Assembly (NCBI GenBank): GCA_963707965.1
Contig: CAVPRR010000005.1
Coordinates: 28,255 to 92,254 of the forward strand
Source of the DNA: an uncultured Solirubrobacterales bacterium
GTDB lineage: Bacteria; Actinomycetota; Thermoleophilia; Solirubrobacterales; 70-9
DNA: 64,000 nucleotides
Reading direction: 5' to 3'
A model generated the notes under the pieces. That model was not told where the DNA came from and did not search any database. It saw only the letters and a list, made by a program, of their open reading frames with translations. This document shows positions 55,400 through 64,000 of the stretch, piece after piece (the first letter of the stretch is position 1; the number at the start of each line of letters is the position of its first letter). The translations under genes were made by a program, and so were the position numbers.

Positions 55400-56473
55400 A
55401 TGGCGCTCGACGTCCATACGCCCGAAGAGGGGCCGCCGCTGAATGAGCCACCCCGGGCCAGCGTGATCATCCCCACGTACCAGCGCTGCGATGCCCTGCG
55501 CCGCGCCCTGCTCGCCCTCGCCGAGCAGACAGCCCCGGCCGACTCCTACGAGGCGGTGGTCTCGATCGACGGATCGAGCGACGGCACTCGCGAGATGCTG
55601 GCCGGGCTTACGGCGAAAGTGCCCTATGAGCTGCGGGTCGTCGAGGGCTTGGGCCGGGGCCGGGCGGCCGCTCGCAACGTCGCCCTGGCGGAGGCGCAGG
55701 GCGAAGTGACGATCCTGATCGACGACGACATGGAGCCGGCACCGCAGTTCATAGAGCGGCACCTGGCCAGCCACCCGCCCGGTGCGCGAGTCTGCGTGCT
55801 CGGGCCGGTGCCGGTCACAGTCGACCGCTCGAGCTCCCTCGCGGCCCGCTACGTGCAGGCCAAGTTTGCCGCCCACCTCGAAGAGATGGCCCGGCCGGGG
55901 CACAGCTTTGTGCCGCGCGATTTCTACTCAGGTAACGCGTCGCTAGCGACCGAGGTGCTGCGCGAGGTCGGCGCCTTCGACGAGACCTTCACCCCGTACG
56001 GCAACGAGGACGTCGAGCTCTCGCTGCGGCTGAGCAAGGCGGGTGTGACCTTTCGCTACGACCCCGAGGCGCTCGCCCGCCAGCAATACGACAAGAACCT
56101 GACCGGGCTGGCGCGCGACACGCTGGATAAAGGGCGTACCACTGTGCTGCTGGCACGGAGACACCCGGACGCCTTCGCCGCCCTTCGCCTGGCAGTGCCG
56201 TGGGACGGCTCGCGCCCGTGGCTGGCGAGCAGGGCAGCGCTGCTGTGCCTGACCTGGCGCCGGCCGGTCGTGGCGGCGGGCGTGTTCGCAGCCGCAGCGC
56301 TGCTGGAGCGACTCGCCCTTTGGCGCCGGCCTCTCTTCTACCGCGCCGTGCTCGACTACGCATTCTGGGCAGGTGTCGGGGCCGAGCTGGGCGAATCCAC
56401 AGACGACGGCGCGCTGGCGCAGCTGGCGGGTGAACTACACCGTGGCCCAATCGATCTTCTTCTACACGGATAG
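55400..56473 (+). CDS. glycosyltransferase family 2
   Basis: ASVIIPTYQR, VVSIDGSSDGT, LIDDDMEP motifs. Confidence 0.85.
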   Translation: MALDVHTPEEGPPLNEPPRASVIIPTYQRCDALRRALLALAEQTAPADSYEAVVSIDGSSDGTREMLAGLTAKVPYELRVVEGLGRGRAAARNVALAEAQGEVTILIDDDMEPAPQFIERHLASHPPGARVCVLGPVPVTVDRSSSLAARYVQAKFAAHLEEMARPGHSFVPRDFYSGNASLATEVLREVGAFDETFTPYGNEDVELSLRLSKAGVTFRYDPEALARQQYDKNLTGLARDTLDKGRTTVLLARRHPDAFAALRLAVPWDGSRPWLASRAALLCLTWRRPVVAAGVFAAAALLERLALWRRPLFYRAVLDYAFWAGVGAELGESTDDGALAQLAGELHRGPIDLLLHG

Positions 56474-57569
56474 CCGCGAACTCGGTGGTGCCGAGAACGC
56501 GATGCTGATGCTGCTCGAAACGCTCGACCGCTCATGCTGGCGCCCCACCCTGCTGCTCGACGCAGGCGGCGAGGCCGAGCCACTGGCCGAGCGGGCGGCG
56601 AGCCTGGACGTGCCGACGCGCCGCGTGGCGCCGATGCCGCTGGGCCTGACCGGCGGGCGCCGGGCGCTGCGCCTGGCGCGGCAGTTGCGCCGCGAGCAGC
56701 CGGCCTTGCTGCACGCGCATCTGAGCTGGCCGCTGGCGGCCAAGTGGGCCCTCTTCGCTGCGGTGCTCGCCCGCGTGCCGTGCGTGGCCACCGTGCAGCT
56801 GATCCCGCGGATGGAGCTCGATCGCTCGAGCTTCCTGCAGCTGCGCCTGCTTGCTCGCGGGGTGGGCCGCTACATCGCGGTCTCGCGGGCAATCGCGAGC
56901 GAGCTGCGCGAGCGCTTCCGCTGGCCGGCGGAGAAGATCGAGGTCATCCATAACGCGGTCGATTCCGAGCGCTTCGACGTAGCGGCCTCAGCGACCCTGC
57001 GCGAGAAACTGCGCGGCGGCCGGGAGCTGGCCCTGGTGCTCACCTGCGCTCGCCTCGACGAGCAGAAGGGCCACACCGTCCTGTTCCGGGCCGCCGCCGA
57101 GATCCCCGAGGCAAGGTTCGTCCTCGCCGGTGACGGCCCTCTGCGCGGCGAGCTCGAAGCTGAGACGACCCGGCTCGGGATCGCTGACCGGGTTCTCTTC
57201 CTCGGCCGCCGGGACGACGTGCCTGAGTTGCTCGCCGCGTGCGACGTCTTTGCGCTGCCGTCGCTGTACGAGGGCTCTTCTTTGGCTGTGCTCGAGGCGA
57301 TGGCCGCGTACCGCCCGGTGGTCACCTCCGCGATCGGCGGCAGCGACGAGCTGATCGCCGACGGCGAGAGCGGTCTGCTGGTCCCGCCCGGGGACGCGGG
57401 GGCGCTTGCAGCCGCCCTGCGGCGCCTGCTTGGCGACGCGGAGCTGCGCGCAGCGCTCGTCGGGCGGGCGCGACAGCGGGTGGACGCCGAGTTCAGCCGC
57501 GCGGCGATGGGCCGCCGGGTCGAAAGGGTCTACGAGGAGCTCCTGGGCGATGGGCGCGACGCTTCCTGA
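56430..57569 (+). CDS. glycosyltransferase family 4 (GT-B)
   Basis: GGAENAML N-terminal motif and PSLYEGSSLAVLEAMAAYRPVVTSAIGG E-x7-E motif. GTG start (56430 or 56442) overlaps the previous gene. Confidence 0.85.
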   Translation: MNYTVAQSIFFYTDSRELGGAENAMLMLLETLDRSCWRPTLLLDAGGEAEPLAERAASLDVPTRRVAPMPLGLTGGRRALRLARQLRREQPALLHAHLSWPLAAKWALFAAVLARVPCVATVQLIPRMELDRSSFLQLRLLARGVGRYIAVSRAIASELRERFRWPAEKIEVIHNAVDSERFDVAASATLREKLRGGRELALVLTCARLDEQKGHTVLFRAAAEIPEARFVLAGDGPLRGELEAETTRLGIADRVLFLGRRDDVPELLAACDVFALPSLYEGSSLAVLEAMAAYRPVVTSAIGGSDELIADGESGLLVPPGDAGALAAALRRLLGDAELRAALVGRARQRVDAEFSRAAMGRRVERVYEELLGDGRDAS

Positions 57570-59106
57570 GTCGCTGCCGGAGGCGGAGCGCAACGACCTG
57601 CTGCGGCAAGTCGACTGGCGCTTCCTGCTGGACAACACCGGCCAGCCGCGAGCGCTCGACCTCAGCCGCGGGCGGCGACTCTCCCGCGCCATCGATCTGA
57701 TCGCCGAGCGAGCGCCGGATGCACCGGGCGCCGCCGATCTCGTCGTGCTCGGCTACCCCACCCGCCGGGGCCTGACCGCTGCCGCGGAGGTGGCGGCGCC
57801 GGGGGCGGCAATCGTTTGCGAGTGGCGCGTGCCGCGGTTCGCCGGTATGCAGCGGGCGCGACGACGGCTGGAGCGTGCCGGCCTTGCATCTGTGTGCGTC
57901 TACTGGCCGGGCCCGCTCCCCCACCGCCCGCCGCAGTTCTGGCTGCCGCTGGGGTCCCCTGCCGCAAGGGCCCGGCTCTTCTCCCTGCGCCCCGCGCGCT
58001 CGCCCGCCCAGGCCGCGCTGCGAGCCCTCTGGCACACCATCGCCAACCTCGGCCTGCTCGCCCCCGCTGTCGCGATCGGTTACGCCGCGGGTGGCGAGGG
58101 GGACAGCGGGCGCGGCAACGGCCACCGCGACGTCGCCAAATCCGGCCAGACCGCGTCGATGGCAGGCGGGTCGCCGCTGCTTCTGACCGGCGGCGCCAGG
58201 TCGATCAACAAGGTCGTGGCCCTGGGAGACTCGGCCGAGGGCACTCCCGTCGCGGTCAAGTTTGCCCGCGTGCCCGAGGCGGATGCCGCGCTCGAGCGAG
58301 AGGCGGAGGTGCTTCGCCAGGTGCAGCGCGAGCACCCGACGGCGCCGGGCGTACCGCGCCTGCTCGATCAGGGCCGGCGCGCGGGCCGGCGCGCGATCGC
58401 CGAGAGCGCCGTCAACGGCCGGCCGCTGATCGACTCCCTGAGCGAGGAGACGTTTCCCAGGCTCGCGTCGCAAGTGAGCGAATGGCTGGTGGAACTGGCC
58501 CGGGGCGGCGACCGGCAGGCCCCGGCAGATTGGTGGCCGCGCCTGGTCGCCGAACCGCTGCGGCGCTTCGAGGAAAGCTTCGCGCCAGTCCTCGCCCCCG
58601 ACACCGCCCGGCGGGCACGACAGCTTCTGGAGGACTTGGGGGAGCTGCCGCAAACCTGCGAGCACCGTGACTGCTCTCCGTGGAACATCGTGCTGAGTGC
58701 GGGCGGTGAGCCGGCCCTGCTCGACTGGGAGTCCGCCGAGCCGCACGGGCTGCCAGGCCTGGACCTCGCCTACTTCCTCGCAAATGCCGCCTTCGTCCTG
58801 GACGGGGCTCTGGAGTCGGGAGATTCTGCGGCAAGCCTTGCCAATCTGCTCGACCCCAGCAACCCGCGCGGCACGGTTGCGACCAGTTGCATTGGCGAGT
58901 ACTGCGCGGGGCTCGGCCTCGATCCCGGCGCGTTCCCCCGCCTGCGCCTGCTGGCCTGGATCGTCCACTCGCAATCCGACTATCGCCACATCTCGATGGA
59001 GAGCGCCGGGCAGCCGCCGCCCGAGGCGCTGCGGGGGAGCGTCTTCCTGGGGCTGATCGAGCAGGAGCTCCGCCTGAGCGAAGGGGACGGCCGTGACCTC
59101 CCCTGA
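57550..59106 (+). CDS. two-domain protein: N-terminal Rossmann/methyltransferase-like region plus C-terminal APH/choline-kinase-like phosphotransferase
   Basis: Kinase-like motifs VAVKFARV (Lys), catalytic loop CEHRDCSPWNIVL and LLDWESAE. The N-domain lacks a clear SAM GxGxG motif. Confidence 0.7.
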   Translation: MGATLPESLPEAERNDLLRQVDWRFLLDNTGQPRALDLSRGRRLSRAIDLIAERAPDAPGAADLVVLGYPTRRGLTAAAEVAAPGAAIVCEWRVPRFAGMQRARRRLERAGLASVCVYWPGPLPHRPPQFWLPLGSPAARARLFSLRPARSPAQAALRALWHTIANLGLLAPAVAIGYAAGGEGDSGRGNGHRDVAKSGQTASMAGGSPLLLTGGARSINKVVALGDSAEGTPVAVKFARVPEADAALEREAEVLRQVQREHPTAPGVPRLLDQGRRAGRRAIAESAVNGRPLIDSLSEETFPRLASQVSEWLVELARGGDRQAPADWWPRLVAEPLRRFEESFAPVLAPDTARRARQLLEDLGELPQTCEHRDCSPWNIVLSAGGEPALLDWESAEPHGLPGLDLAYFLANAAFVLDGALESGDSAASLANLLDPSNPRGTVATSCIGEYCAGLGLDPGAFPRLRLLAWIVHSQSDYRHISMESAGQPPPEALRGSVFLGLIEQELRLSEGDGRDLP

Positions 59107-60069
59107 GCTGAGCGTCGTGGTTCCGACCCACAACCGGCGTGAGCTGGTGCGCCGTTGCGTAGCCGCGCTACTCAGCCAAACGCTGACCCCCCAGAGCTTC
59201 GAGCTGGTGGTCGTTGACGATGGCTCCAGCGACGGCACCGCCGAGATGCTCGCGAGCCTCGAGACACCGTTCCGCCTCACCGTGCTGCAGCCTGGGCCGA
59301 TCGGCCAGTCGGCCGCCCGCAACGCCGGGATCGAGGCCGCCCAAGGAGAGGTTTGCGTTCTGCTCGACGACGACGTGATCCCCTCTCCTGAGCATGGTCG
59401 CCGAGCACCTCGCCGCGCATCGGGGCGCGGGGCGACGGATCGGGATCGGCTCGCTCTCACAGGTCGCGCCCAGCGACGGCGACTGGTACGCGCGCGCCTT
59501 CGCCCGCGGCTGGGCCGCCCACTACCAGCGGCTGGAACACAAGCAGGCTAGCTGGGCCGACTGCTACGGCGGCAACATCTCCGCGCCTCGCGCGGCGCTG
59601 TTGAAGGTCGGCGGCTTCGCCACCGACGTCGCGGTGAGCAAGGACATCGAGCTCGGCTTCCGCCTCTGCGAGGCCGGTTGCGCGCCCATCTACCTCCCCC
59701 GCGCCCACGCCGTCCACGACGACCAGAAGCCACGCGACCCACCTGCTCCGCGACGTGTGGCTTCACGGCACCGGCTACGTCGAGCTGAGTCACAGGCACC
59801 CGGCGATGTTCCCCAAGCTCCTCGGCTGGTTTGGCGCCGCGACGCGCCGGGAGATCGCCCTGCGCAGGGCGCTGATCGCCCTGCGCGTGCCGCCCTCGAT
59901 ACTGGCCGCTGCCGGCCGCCTGCTCCTCGGCGAGGGCCGCCAGGACGCGTGGTATGAGTTCGTCTGGAAGCTCGCCTTCTGGCGCTCGGTGCGCGCCAGC
60001 GTGAGCAGGGCGCGATGGGCGGAGCTGACCTCGACCACAGCCGGGACAGCGGCACGCGCCGGTCGATGA
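59093..60069 (+). pseudogene. GT2 glycosyltransferase paralog broken by two frameshifts
   Basis: ORFs 59093..59551, 59394..59957 and 59755..60069 together align collinearly with residues 1 to ~320 of the next gene. Frame switches occur near 59390 (after DDDVIPSPE) and 59730 (after VHDDQK). Confidence 0.7.
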
Positions 60070-60078
60070 GGCGACCTC

Positions 60079-61725
60079 GTGAACGGCCCCGCGCGCTTCG
60101 CACTCAGTGTCGTGATCGCCAGCCACGGGCGGCGCGAGCTGCTGCGGCGCTGCCTCGTCGCCCTGGCGGCGCAGACGCTTGACCCGGACGCCTTCGAGGT
60201 CCTCATCGCCGACGACGGCTCCAGCGACGGAACCGCCGAGATGGCGGAGGGCTTCGAGGCGCCGTTCCGCCTGCGCGTCCTGCGGCTCGCCAAGCGCGGC
60301 CAGGCCGCCGCCCAAAACGAGGCGATCGGCGCCGCCGAGGGGGACGTCTGCGTCCTCCTCGACGACGACGTGGTCCCCTCCCCTGGACTGCTCGCCGCAC
60401 ACGAGGCGGTGCACCGGGAGGGTGGGAGGCTGCTTGGGGTCGGCACGCTGACGCAGCGGCCTCCCGACGCGCGCGACTGGTACGCCCATGCCTTCGCAAA
60501 GGCGTGGAACGACCACTACGAGGGACTGGAACGCCGGGGGGTCGGCTGGGGGGATTGCTATGGCGGCAACCTCTCCATCCCCCGCGCCGGCCTGCTCGAG
60601 GTGGGCGGCTTCTCGACCGAATTCCAGACCGCCGACGACACGGAGCTGGCCTTCCGCCTGTGCAAGGTGGGCTTCGTCCCCACCTACCTCCCGAACGCAC
60701 ACGGCGTGCACGACGACCAGAAGCGGCGGCGGCGGATGATCGAAGACGCGCGACGGATCGGCGCCGGCTCGCACGCGCTGGTCGAGCGCCACCCCGCGAT
60801 GCTGCCCAGGCGCCTCGGTTGGTTTCACGTGCCGACGGCGCGTGAGGTGCGCCTGCGCCGGCTGCTGCTTGTGTTGCGCATCCCGGCCGCCGCGCTCGCC
60901 CCGCTCGGGCGCATCATCCCCGGCCCGGGCCGGCGCCAGATCTGGTTCTACTTCGTCTCCCGCTACGCCTTCTGGCAGGGGGTGCGCAGAAACACCAGCC
61001 GCGACCGCTGGGTGAGGCTGACCCACGGCGTTCCGGTGCTGATGTACCACGCCTTCAGCGCCGCGGGCGAACGGGACCGCTACATCCTCCCCGGACGCGC
61101 CTTCGCGCGCCAGATGCGCCTGCTGACAGCGCTCCGATACCGCGTGATCGGATTCGAGGAGCTGGTGCAGTGTCTGCGCGAGCACCGGCTGCCCCCGCGC
61201 CGCGCCGTCGCGATCACGATCGACGACGGCTACCGGGACAACCTCGAGACGGCGCTGCCGATCCTGCGCCGGCACGGGTTCCCCGCGACGGTCTTCCTTG
61301 TCAGCAGGCGCCTCGGCGGGGTCAACGATTGGGACAGCGAAGGTGCGCTCAGCGCCAGGCCCCTGCTCTCGGTGGCGGAGATCGCACGGATGCGGGCGGC
61401 AGGAATCGAGCTGGGCGCCCACACCCGCAACCACCGCTCGCTGCCCCAGCTCGCCGACGGCGAGGTGGCAGCGGAGATCGAGGGCTCGCGACAGGACCTC
61501 GAAGAGAGCCTGGGCGAATCGGTGAGGACGTTCGCCTACCCCTACGGACGCCGCGACGAGCGGGCGGTCGCCGCTGTGGCGCGGGCGGGCTTCCTTGGCG
61601 CCTGCACCACGCATCCAGCCCACACCCACCTCGATGACGAGCTGCTGCAAGTCCCCCGCATAGAAATCAGAGGCACCGATTCCCTCCCGCGCTTTCTGCG
61701 CAAGCTCTGGTTTGGCGGGCCCTGA
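60079..61725 (+). CDS. bifunctional GT2 glycosyltransferase / polysaccharide deacetylase (NodB homology)
   Basis: N-part has SVVIASHGR, IADDGSSDGT, LLDDDV. C-part has AITIDDGYRDN, HTRNH, FAYPYG. Confidence 0.85.
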   Translation: MNGPARFALSVVIASHGRRELLRRCLVALAAQTLDPDAFEVLIADDGSSDGTAEMAEGFEAPFRLRVLRLAKRGQAAAQNEAIGAAEGDVCVLLDDDVVPSPGLLAAHEAVHREGGRLLGVGTLTQRPPDARDWYAHAFAKAWNDHYEGLERRGVGWGDCYGGNLSIPRAGLLEVGGFSTEFQTADDTELAFRLCKVGFVPTYLPNAHGVHDDQKRRRRMIEDARRIGAGSHALVERHPAMLPRRLGWFHVPTAREVRLRRLLLVLRIPAAALAPLGRIIPGPGRRQIWFYFVSRYAFWQGVRRNTSRDRWVRLTHGVPVLMYHAFSAAGERDRYILPGRAFARQMRLLTALRYRVIGFEELVQCLREHRLPPRRAVAITIDDGYRDNLETALPILRRHGFPATVFLVSRRLGGVNDWDSEGALSARPLLSVAEIARMRAAGIELGAHTRNHRSLPQLADGEVAAEIEGSRQDLEESLGESVRTFAYPYGRRDERAVAAVARAGFLGACTTHPAHTHLDDELLQVPRIEIRGTDSLPRFLRKLWFGGP

Positions 61726-61731
61726 AAGGAC

Positions 61732-62991
61732 CTACGTGGCCGGGAGGCGCCAGCGGTGCGGGAGGACGACGTCGCCGTCGGAGGCAGCAACCGGCATCGG
61801 CCGGTCGCCGAGCACCCCCGGCTCGACGTCGAAGAACGCGGCCGCCTGCAGGCCATCCTGGATCTGCCGCCGCCCTTTCAGCACGACGTCGATCCGGTAG
61901 CGGCCCGGGACGAGCGGCAGCGTCTCGATCTCGCACTCGATCCTGGGCCCCAGGCCGGCGTCGCGAACGTCGCCGGGAGCCGACAGCTCGCTGTCGAATG
62001 TGGTCACAGGCTGGCCCAGGCTGTTGAGGACGGTGAGCCGGCACTCCGTCATCGGCAGCACCCCGGTCAGCTCGACGACGATCCTCGCCGGCCGTCCGCC
62101 GACGACCACGTCCTCCTGGCCGCTGGCCGCGTCCTCCACCGCCAGCCGCCGCACGAAGATCTCTTCCCAGGCGCGGCTGTCGCGATCCGGCCGCTCGAGC
62201 AGGTTGCTGGAGGCGCCGCGCTCCAGACGCCGCAGGTACCCGTTCACGGCCTCCGTCACCGGTGCGTCGACGATGGCGCGGCCCTGCTCGAGCAGGACCC
62301 CGCGCTGGCAGAGCGCCTGGATGATCGCCAGGTTATGGGAGACGAAGATCACCGTCCGCCCCTCGCCGGCGACCTCGTTCATCTTCGCCAGCGACTTGCG
62401 CTGGAAGGCGGCATCGCCAACCGCCAGCACCTCGTCGACGAGGAGGATCTCGGGCTCGAGGTGGGCTGCGACGGCGAACGCGAGCCGCACCGACATGCCG
62501 CTGGAGTAGCGCTTCACCGGTGTGTCGAGGAAGCGCTCGATGTCGGCGAAGGCCACGATCTCGTCGAAGCGGCGTCGGATCTCCTCCCTGCGCATGCCGA
62601 GGATGGCGCCGTTGAGGAAAATGTTCTCGCGCCCGGTCAGCTCGGGGTGGAACCCGGTTCCCACCTCCAGCAGCGAACCCGAGCGACCAGTCACGTCCGC
62701 CCAGCCGGTCGTCGGCTCGACGATCCGCGAGAGGATTTTCAGCAGTGTGCTCTTGCCGGCGCCGTTATGGCCGATCAGGCCGACGACTTCGCCGCTGCGG
62801 ATCGTCAGCGAGAGGTCGGAGAGGGCCCAGAGCAATTGGTGGTCGCGGCGCTCGGCGCGCCCTGAGAGCCTGCCCAACGAGCGCCTCGTCGTGTTGACGA
62901 TGCTCTCGCGCAGCGTGTCGTAGCCGCGTGCTCCCAGCCCAAGCCTGTAGCTCTTGCCAAGTCCCTCGGTTTGGATCGCGATATCGCTCAT
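61732..62991 (-). CDS. wzt: polysaccharide ABC exporter ATP-binding protein (Wzt/TagH-type) with ~170-aa C-terminal extension
   Basis: Start at MSDIAIQ. Walker A GHNGAGKST, signature YSSGMSVRL, Walker B LLVDEVLAVGD. A beta-rich C-terminal domain follows the NBD. Confidence 0.85.
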   Translation of the reverse strand: MSDIAIQTEGLGKSYRLGLGARGYDTLRESIVNTTRRSLGRLSGRAERRDHQLLWALSDLSLTIRSGEVVGLIGHNGAGKSTLLKILSRIVEPTTGWADVTGRSGSLLEVGTGFHPELTGRENIFLNGAILGMRREEIRRRFDEIVAFADIERFLDTPVKRYSSGMSVRLAFAVAAHLEPEILLVDEVLAVGDAAFQRKSLAKMNEVAGEGRTVIFVSHNLAIIQALCQRGVLLEQGRAIVDAPVTEAVNGYLRRLERGASSNLLERPDRDSRAWEEIFVRRLAVEDAASGQEDVVVGGRPARIVVELTGVLPMTECRLTVLNSLGQPVTTFDSELSAPGDVRDAGLGPRIECEIETLPLVPGRYRIDVVLKGRRQIQDGLQAAAFFDVEPGVLGDRPMPVAASDGDVVLPHRWRLPAT

Positions 62992-62996
62992 CCGAA

Positions 62997-63893
62997 TCAG
63001 ATGAAGTCGGCGAAACCGCGCTCGACCCGGTCGAAGTAGGCGAGCCCGGCGACGAGAAGGACGGCCGCGGCGGCGGCGGACACACCGATCTGGGCGAGCG
63101 GCGCCGAGGCGCCCAGCACCGCCCAGCGGAAGCCTTCGACGACCCCGACCATCGGGTTGATCGCCGAGAGGACGCGCCAGGGTTCGCTGAGCAGGCTGCT
63201 GGGATAGGCGATCGGAGTGGCGAAGAGCCACATCTGGATCGCGAACGGGATCACGTAGCGCACGTCGCGGTAGCGCACATTGATCGCCGAGAGTGCGGCC
63301 GTCACCCCCACCGCCGTCGCGAGCATGATCGCGATCAGCAGCGGCAGGACCAGCACGGCCAGCGGTGGCACGACTCCCCAGACGAGGACGATCGCGAAGA
63401 GAATGACGAGGGAGATGGCGAGGTCCACCAGGCCCGCGGCGATGGCCCCGGCGGGCATGAAGATGCGCGGGAAATAGATTTTCGAGACCAGGGCCGAGTT
63501 GCTGACCAGACTTTCGGAGCCGAGCAGCATCGCGTTTGCGAAGTAGGTCCAGGGGACGAGGGCGGCGAGGCTGAACAGCGCATAAGGAAAGCCGTCAGAT
63601 GAGACGCCGGCCAGATTGCCGAAGAAGAGCGTGAAGACGACCATGAAGCCGATCGGCTGGAGCACCGCCCAGGCGGCGCCGAGCGCGGTCTGCCGGTAGC
63701 GCACGGTCACGTCGCGGGCGGCGATCTGGTAGGCGAGGTCGCGGTAGCGCCAGAGCTCGCGCGGCGAGAGGACGCGGCTGAAACCGCGTGTCGCCTGCAG
63801 GCGCACCGTGGCGGGCTTTGAAAAGGGGTCCGGCCGCTTGGCCGTCGTGGGTGCGGTCATCTGCTCCATCAGATCAGGATAGGTTCTGCGCAC
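62997..63893 (-). CDS. wzm: polysaccharide ABC exporter permease (ABC-2, Wzm/TagG-type)
   Basis: ELWRYRDLAYQIAARDVTVRYRQTALG N-terminal motif and six TM helices. The start may be an internal Met (63869). Confidence 0.85.
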   Translation of the reverse strand: MRRTYPDLMEQMTAPTTAKRPDPFSKPATVRLQATRGFSRVLSPRELWRYRDLAYQIAARDVTVRYRQTALGAAWAVLQPIGFMVVFTLFFGNLAGVSSDGFPYALFSLAALVPWTYFANAMLLGSESLVSNSALVSKIYFPRIFMPAGAIAAGLVDLAISLVILFAIVLVWGVVPPLAVLVLPLLIAIMLATAVGVTAALSAINVRYRDVRYVIPFAIQMWLFATPIAYPSSLLSEPWRVLSAINPMVGVVEGFRWAVLGASAPLAQIGVSAAAAAVLLVAGLAYFDRVERGFADFI

Positions 63894-64000
63894 AGGGACG
63901 CACCCCTGTGCGCGACCGCTAACCCGCCGAGGGATCGAGGCGCACGCCGGCCAGGGTGAGCAGCGAATCGCGGATCGGCCCCGGCCAGCTGGCGAGGGCC

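Noticed and set aside
59548-61650. 700-aa minus-strand ORF
   Set aside because: It is antisense to the GT2 pseudogene and the GT2-deacetylase gene. Arg/Gly/Pro-rich shadow ORF.

Overview
Very GC-rich bacterial chromosome segment. The proteins look like Actinomycetota, possibly a deep-branching class, but that is inference only. All calls come from reading the sequence and recognising motifs from memory; no searches were run. I support about 65 protein genes, 5 tRNA genes, 3 disrupted genes and several repeat families. Main blocks, in order: (1) housekeeping and hydrolase genes at 1..5100. (2) A mixed-orientation island of five tRNAs at 5140..7535, containing a broken HNH gene. (3) Two ABC-2 exporters plus ketone-body and leucine-catabolism genes (acetoacetyl-CoA synthetase, acyl-CoA carboxyltransferase, HMG-CoA lyase). 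(4) A coenzyme F420 cluster (npdG, cofD, cofC, cofE and a convergent fused fbiC). The fbiC reading frame breaks exactly at a perfect 32-bp palindrome. (5) An mntR-mntH operon carrying two unknown, translationally coupled small genes. (6) Dispersed ethylmalonyl-CoA pathway genes (ccr, ecm, MaoC hydratase, acyl-CoA dehydrogenase, Chloroflexus-type mcl), interrupted by unrelated inserts. One insert is a DUF559 gene bracketed by inverted copies of a 46-bp palindromic repeat; a third copy of that repeat lies next to tRNA-Leu. (7) A roughly 16.5-kb ABC-transporter-dependent glycan cluster at 47382..63893. It has an unusual membrane/GT2 fusion, a GT-C-like membrane protein, a kinase-like candidate chain terminator, tandem GT2 paralogs (one doubly frameshifted) and Wzm/Wzt. 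I found no recognisable defence system, prophage, IS element, CRISPR array or rRNA. The most unusual items are the small palindromic/hairpin elements and the gene breaks associated with them.
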